In this document: in pieces, positions 59,840-64,000 of the stretch
How positions within the stretch are numbered: the stretch's first letter is position 1
Layout: the number at the start of each line of letters is the position of its first letter
Assembly (NCBI GenBank): GCA_018238155.1
Contig: JABCTZ010000032.1
Coordinates: 298,491 to 362,490 of the forward strand
Source: Candidatus Heimdallarchaeota archaeon
Lineage (GTDB): Archaea; Asgardarchaeota; Heimdallarchaeia; JABLTI01
Reading direction: 5' to 3'
Length of the DNA: 64,000 nt
Notes under the pieces: generated by a model
What the model was told of the DNA's origin: nothing
What the model saw: only the letters and a program-made list of their open reading frames with translations
Database searches by the model: none
Translations under genes and position numbers: made by a program

Positions 59840-61420
59840 TTATTTGCCCTTCGACCTTCTAACAATAGCTATTATACCTACGATTATACTTGTTAATACA
59901 ACACCAATTCCAATGGCAATTAGATCCTCAGCATAACCTGGAATATTTGGAATGAAATAACCAGGTTGTTGTGTACCAGTTTCTGGAGGAGGCGTGGGAG
60001 TAAGTTCATCTACAATGTCTAAAGGAATAATTTTGTAATAATAGGGATCATTGTCTGTGAATTTAGTCAGAACAATGTGTTTGCCAGTAAAGGTTAAACC
60101 ATAGCCAAATCCGGGACCTATTGAAGTGATATCGATAAACTCATCTCTAAATTCACCAGTAGTAGTGTTGATTGCTCTAATTAGATATTCATCACGTTCA
60201 TATCCCCAGATGACATCATTGTTATAATCATAGGTTATTCCATATATATCTGAAACTGGAAATTCTTCTAAAGTTGACATATCTAGTGGATCAAGTTTAT
60301 ACAAAACATTGTCTTGACCCATTGCCCACAGGAACGCTCCATCAAATGCAAGAGATTTGATCATTACATCTAAGGCAGTATGACTTTTTATTTGCGTGCC
60401 ATCAAAAGAATAAGTGTAAATATTATATGGTGATTCTTCAGAAGACATAGCTAAATAAGCATCAAACATTGCAGTTATTCCCACAGGATGGAAAGGAACA
60501 GACCAAGTACTAGTATAAGCATTTGTGATATCATAGGTTCGAATAGATGTTGATTGATTCTCACAAACAAAAAACTGCTTATTACCATAAGCTATATCAG
60601 AAGCATTTGAGATAGAAAGTTCTTCTCTTAAGTAAACATCACCAGGATTGGTTGGAATTCTAGCAATCAACACTTCATCTATAATTGCAGCTTGACTATG
60701 AAATAAATGTGTATCATTACAAGCAATACCACTACCTTGAGCGGATGGACTGGCAAACCCCTCTACTGCAGAACCTGTTTGAGGATCGAATGCAATCACT
60801 CGATCTTCTATGTAGTCAACACACCAGAGCAAACCATTATACCATTCTATATCAGCTGGAAAGAATGGAAGAGTGATTGTTTTAATAATTACACCAGTAT
60901 CTGGGTCAATTCTATGCAAGTTATTTACATCAGTTTGAAACGCCCAAAGATGAGTGCCATCCCAAGTCAAACTCCTAAAAACACCAACAGAAAGTGGGGT
61001 ATGAATAGAGGATATCATATCACCAGTAGAGTTAAACTTCGCTATAGTTCCATTTGGGGGAGTTAGGTAAGTTGAAATATAGAGATTAGTTCCATCATTG
61101 GTAATCCCCCCAGTTCCAAGTGGTAATGAATAATTTCCAATACTTACACCTGTAACTGCATCATATTCATAAATAAAACCGTGACCGGTAGTAATTCCGA
61201 AAATAGAACCATCCATAAAAGTAATGCCACTTAATCTATGAGGTTCTGTGCTAAAAGATTCTGAAAAGTCACCTAACATTTCTATTTTCATATCTGTTGG
61301 ATTCTCAATAGTTACAGCATTATTTTCCTTAACAGTTGTAAAACCAAAAATAATACTCGAAAAGAATAATAAAATAAACAAAGATGTACAATATTTCTTA
61401 TTTTTCAAATAACACACCAT
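59840..61420 (-). CDS. Membrane-anchored double beta-propeller surface protein
   Basis: Repeated GITxDGxxL/LAFDG blades; signal peptide; Pro-rich stalk; C-terminal TM plus RRSK. Confidence 0.75.
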   Translation of the reverse strand: MVCYLKNKKYCTSLFILLFFSSIIFGFTTVKENNAVTIENPTDMKIEMLGDFSESFSTEPHRLSGITFMDGSIFGITTGHGFIYEYDAVTGVSIGNYSLPLGTGGITNDGTNLYISTYLTPPNGTIAKFNSTGDMISSIHTPLSVGVFRSLTWDGTHLWAFQTDVNNLHRIDPDTGVIIKTITLPFFPADIEWYNGLLWCVDYIEDRVIAFDPQTGSAVEGFASPSAQGSGIACNDTHLFHSQAAIIDEVLIARIPTNPGDVYLREELSISNASDIAYGNKQFFVCENQSTSIRTYDITNAYTSTWSVPFHPVGITAMFDAYLAMSSEESPYNIYTYSFDGTQIKSHTALDVMIKSLAFDGAFLWAMGQDNVLYKLDPLDMSTLEEFPVSDIYGITYDYNNDVIWGYERDEYLIRAINTTTGEFRDEFIDITSIGPGFGYGLTFTGKHIVLTKFTDNDPYYYKIIPLDIVDELTPTPPPETGTQQPGYFIPNIPGYAEDLIAIGIGVVLTSIIVGIIAIVRRSKGK

Positions 61421-61579
61421 TTAATCTAAGTTTAATACTATATTAAAACATACAACGTTGTTTAAGAATTTGCCTAGAAATAGATATATTAATTGATCTA
61501 AATTTTGGCTCTAACCTTAGTGTAGAAATAAATAAAAAAAGATAATAAAAGGCATAAAAGCCCTCTAAAAGTAATCGAA

Positions 61580-62947
61580 TTAAATAACACCTTGAGCAAG
61601 CATAGCTTTGGCGACCTTAAGGAATCCGCCGATGTTTGCACCGACTACGTAGTTTCCTGGGCTACCATATTTTTCTGCTGTTGTTACGCAAGTTTCATGG
61701 ATGTTGTCCATAATTTTGTGAAGTCTGTCTAATACTTCAACTTTTGTCCATGAATATCTCAAACTGTTTTGGGACATTTCTAGACCGGAAGTAGCGACAC
61801 CACCAGCGTTTGCTGCTTTACCTGGACCGAAGGAGACACCTTTCTCAATGAATAAGTCTACTGCATGTGCAACACAAGGCATATTTGCACCTTCGCTGAC
61901 AGCTAAGCAACCACTCTTTACTAGAGCTTTAGCTTCGCCTAAATCAACTTCATTTTGTGTTGCGCTTGGAAGAGCAACTTCAATACCTGGGACATACCAT
62001 GGACTCTTGATGTCTTTGTGTTCATTGTAGACATAATAGTCAACTTTGAATTTGTCTGCGTATTCTTTAATTCTGCCACGTTTGACATTCTTCAAGTGCA
62101 TAACGAATTCCAATTTCTTCTTGTCAACACCATCGTTATCAACAATGAAACCTGTGGAATCAGAAAGAGTAATTACTTTTCCGCCTAACTGGGTTACTTT
62201 CTCAGTAGCATATTGTGCAACATTTCCAGAACCGGAAATTGCGACAACCTTACCTTTGAGACCATCTTTTACTCCTCTGTGTTTGAGCATACTTTCTGCA
62301 AACCAAGTAGCACCATAACCTGTTGCTTCTGGTCTGCCAAGAGAACCACCATATTCTGGAGCTTTTCCTGTAAGAACACCATGCCAGACGTTTTTGATTT
62401 TTCTATAAGCGCCAAAAAGGTAACCTATTTCTCGTCCGCCAACACCGATATCACCGGCTGGAACATCTAAATCAGCATCAATGTGTCTATAAAGTTCTCG
62501 CATAAAGGCTTGACAGAAGCGCATAACTTCACCATCAGATTTGCCTTTTGGATTAAAATCAGAACCACCTTTACCACCGCCCATTGGCAAACCGGTAAGT
62601 GCGTTTTTGAATACTTGTTCAAAAGCTAAGAACTTTAGAATTCCGTCATAAACGGATGGATGGAGTCTTAATCCACCTTTGTAAGGTCCTATTGCTCCAT
62701 TAAATTGGATTCTGAAACCTCTGTTAACTTGGACAACACCTTTGTCATCGACCCATGGAACTCTGAAAGTAATTATTCTTTCAGGCTCTACTAGTCTCTC
62801 GACAATTCTTGCTTCAACAAATTCAGGGTGTTGTTCTAGAGCTGGCTCGATTGAATCTAGAACTTCCTTCACTGCTTGATGGAATTCTGGTTCTTGAGCA
62901 TTTCGTTTAACCACTTGCTCGTAGATTGGATCTGTAATTTTACCCAT
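61580..62947 (-). CDS. gdhA: NADP-specific glutamate dehydrogenase
   Basis: GPYKGGLR, PMGGGKGG, DVPAGDIG, RPEATGYG, GSGNVA, KAANAGGV. Confidence 0.97.
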   Translation of the reverse strand: MGKITDPIYEQVVKRNAQEPEFHQAVKEVLDSIEPALEQHPEFVEARIVERLVEPERIITFRVPWVDDKGVVQVNRGFRIQFNGAIGPYKGGLRLHPSVYDGILKFLAFEQVFKNALTGLPMGGGKGGSDFNPKGKSDGEVMRFCQAFMRELYRHIDADLDVPAGDIGVGGREIGYLFGAYRKIKNVWHGVLTGKAPEYGGSLGRPEATGYGATWFAESMLKHRGVKDGLKGKVVAISGSGNVAQYATEKVTQLGGKVITLSDSTGFIVDNDGVDKKKLEFVMHLKNVKRGRIKEYADKFKVDYYVYNEHKDIKSPWYVPGIEVALPSATQNEVDLGEAKALVKSGCLAVSEGANMPCVAHAVDLFIEKGVSFGPGKAANAGGVATSGLEMSQNSLRYSWTKVEVLDRLHKIMDNIHETCVTTAEKYGSPGNYVVGANIGGFLKVAKAMLAQGVI

Positions 62948-63299
62948 TTTGAATTGACCTCAATATTGTTTCTCGAGGGATTGGATATTTTTTTTCACCT
63001 TTATTTCTTCAAGGTGATATCAACGTCATCAATAAGATAGACGCTACAAAGCACCTTAAATTAATACTATTTAAAAATTTTCTACTCATTCTATCTTTTT
63101 TTTGAAGTAAAAAAACGTTTATTTTGATGAGAAACGACCAAGTAAAAAACAACCAATTGTGTTAGCATTTTCTTGAACCGTTCTTTCAAAAATTAACAAT
63201 TATAAACATATAAAAGGTATTAAACAAAATAATTATTAGAGAAATAAAGAGGAAAATAATATTTAAAGGCGTTAAATTGAAAGTTACATTAATTGGTGA

Positions 63300-63932
63300 T
63301 TGAAGATTCAAACTGAAACAAAAAGAGATTTGGGTGTCATTCTTTTTCTCGTAATAGGCTCTATTTTTACTTCTCTAATTTGGATAGGGGATATTGTTTC
63401 TTGGGCTTTTCTTGGAAACGGTTTTACATTGGATATAATCTTGTTGATTGTAGCAATCGGATTAACATCATTAATGGTCTATTATAGTAAAAAAACCAAA
63501 ATACCATCAAAATCATTTGAAAATCTCGCAGATGCAGAGTTAGACTTTAGATTAAAAGATAAATCTCTGGATAGTAAAACAAAAGCACTTATTGAAAGTG
63601 AAATCGAATCCCGTAGACGGAAAAAGGCTACTCATTCTCTTCGGAAAGAGAACGCTGCTTTCTTTACCTGTAACACTTGTGGTGAAGTAATTAAATCTAA
63701 AGCGAAAAGCTGCTCTGCATGTGATTCTCCACGGTCTTTATGTGCAATTTGTCAATCAGAGCTTTCACCTGATGATACAATAGTTAGAACACTTTGTTGC
63801 CAGAGTTATGCTCACAAAGAACACATTTTAAATTGGCTTTCTGCAAAAGGATATTGTCCTAATTGCTTGCAGCAAATAAAGGAAAACGATTTAGTTTCAA
63901 TCATTTTTATTGATTATATTTCAAGTGAATAG
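63300..63932 (+). CDS. Two-TM protein with zinc ribbon and RING-like domain (putative E3 ubiquitin ligase)
   Basis: CNTC...CSAC, then CAIC-x14-CC-x4-H-x2-H-xxx-WL...CPNC. Confidence 0.8.
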   Translation: MKIQTETKRDLGVILFLVIGSIFTSLIWIGDIVSWAFLGNGFTLDIILLIVAIGLTSLMVYYSKKTKIPSKSFENLADAELDFRLKDKSLDSKTKALIESEIESRRRKKATHSLRKENAAFFTCNTCGEVIKSKAKSCSACDSPRSLCAICQSELSPDDTIVRTLCCQSYAHKEHILNWLSAKGYCPNCLQQIKENDLVSIIFIDYISSE

Positions 63933-64000
63933 AGCTGACCTTGGAATCAGCTTGTAATAATTCGAAATGATCCATGTTTCAATTTGTTTAATTTATTGAG

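Noticed and set aside
1-64000. CRISPR array, rRNA or provirus
   Set aside because: No regularly spaced direct repeats, no long GC-rich rRNA-like stretch, no cas, integrase or capsid genes seen.

Overview
AT-rich archaeal chromosomal segment, almost certainly from an Asgard archaeon (Heimdallarchaeia-like is my inference). It carries many eukaryotic-signature genes: two tandem Rab-like GTPases, an OSTC/DC2-like OST subunit, a TRAP-beta-like protein, a gelsolin-domain protein, two roadblock proteins, a PAC4-like chaperone, a membrane RING protein and a possible GOLD/p24-like protein. Metabolic loci are a divergently split formylmethanofuran dehydrogenase cluster (fwdBD / fwdG-F-A-C), a complete bacillithiol operon (bshC-B1-A), an NfnABC/Bfu-type three-subunit oxidoreductase and gdhA. 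Housekeeping genes include alba, truD, pth2, GGR, a Trm9-like methyltransferase, hef and uppS. RNA features are an intron-containing tRNA-Ile(GAT), cut by the window edge, and an unannotated box C/D sRNA. Accessory DNA (about 16.2-22.8 kb) holds a B12-radical SAM + PGM1-type ATP-grasp pair and a stand-alone TnpB with an omegaRNA-like 3' structure. The best candidates for new biology are: the radical SAM/PGM1 peptide-modification pair; the fwdF/fwdA junction, where the conserved FwdA N-terminus has no canonical start (ATT initiation or -1 frameshift at A-AAA-AAT); the C/D sRNA apparently aimed next to the peptidyl-transferase centre; and bacillithiol synthesis in an Asgard archaeon. All family assignments come from motif recognition by eye, not database searches.
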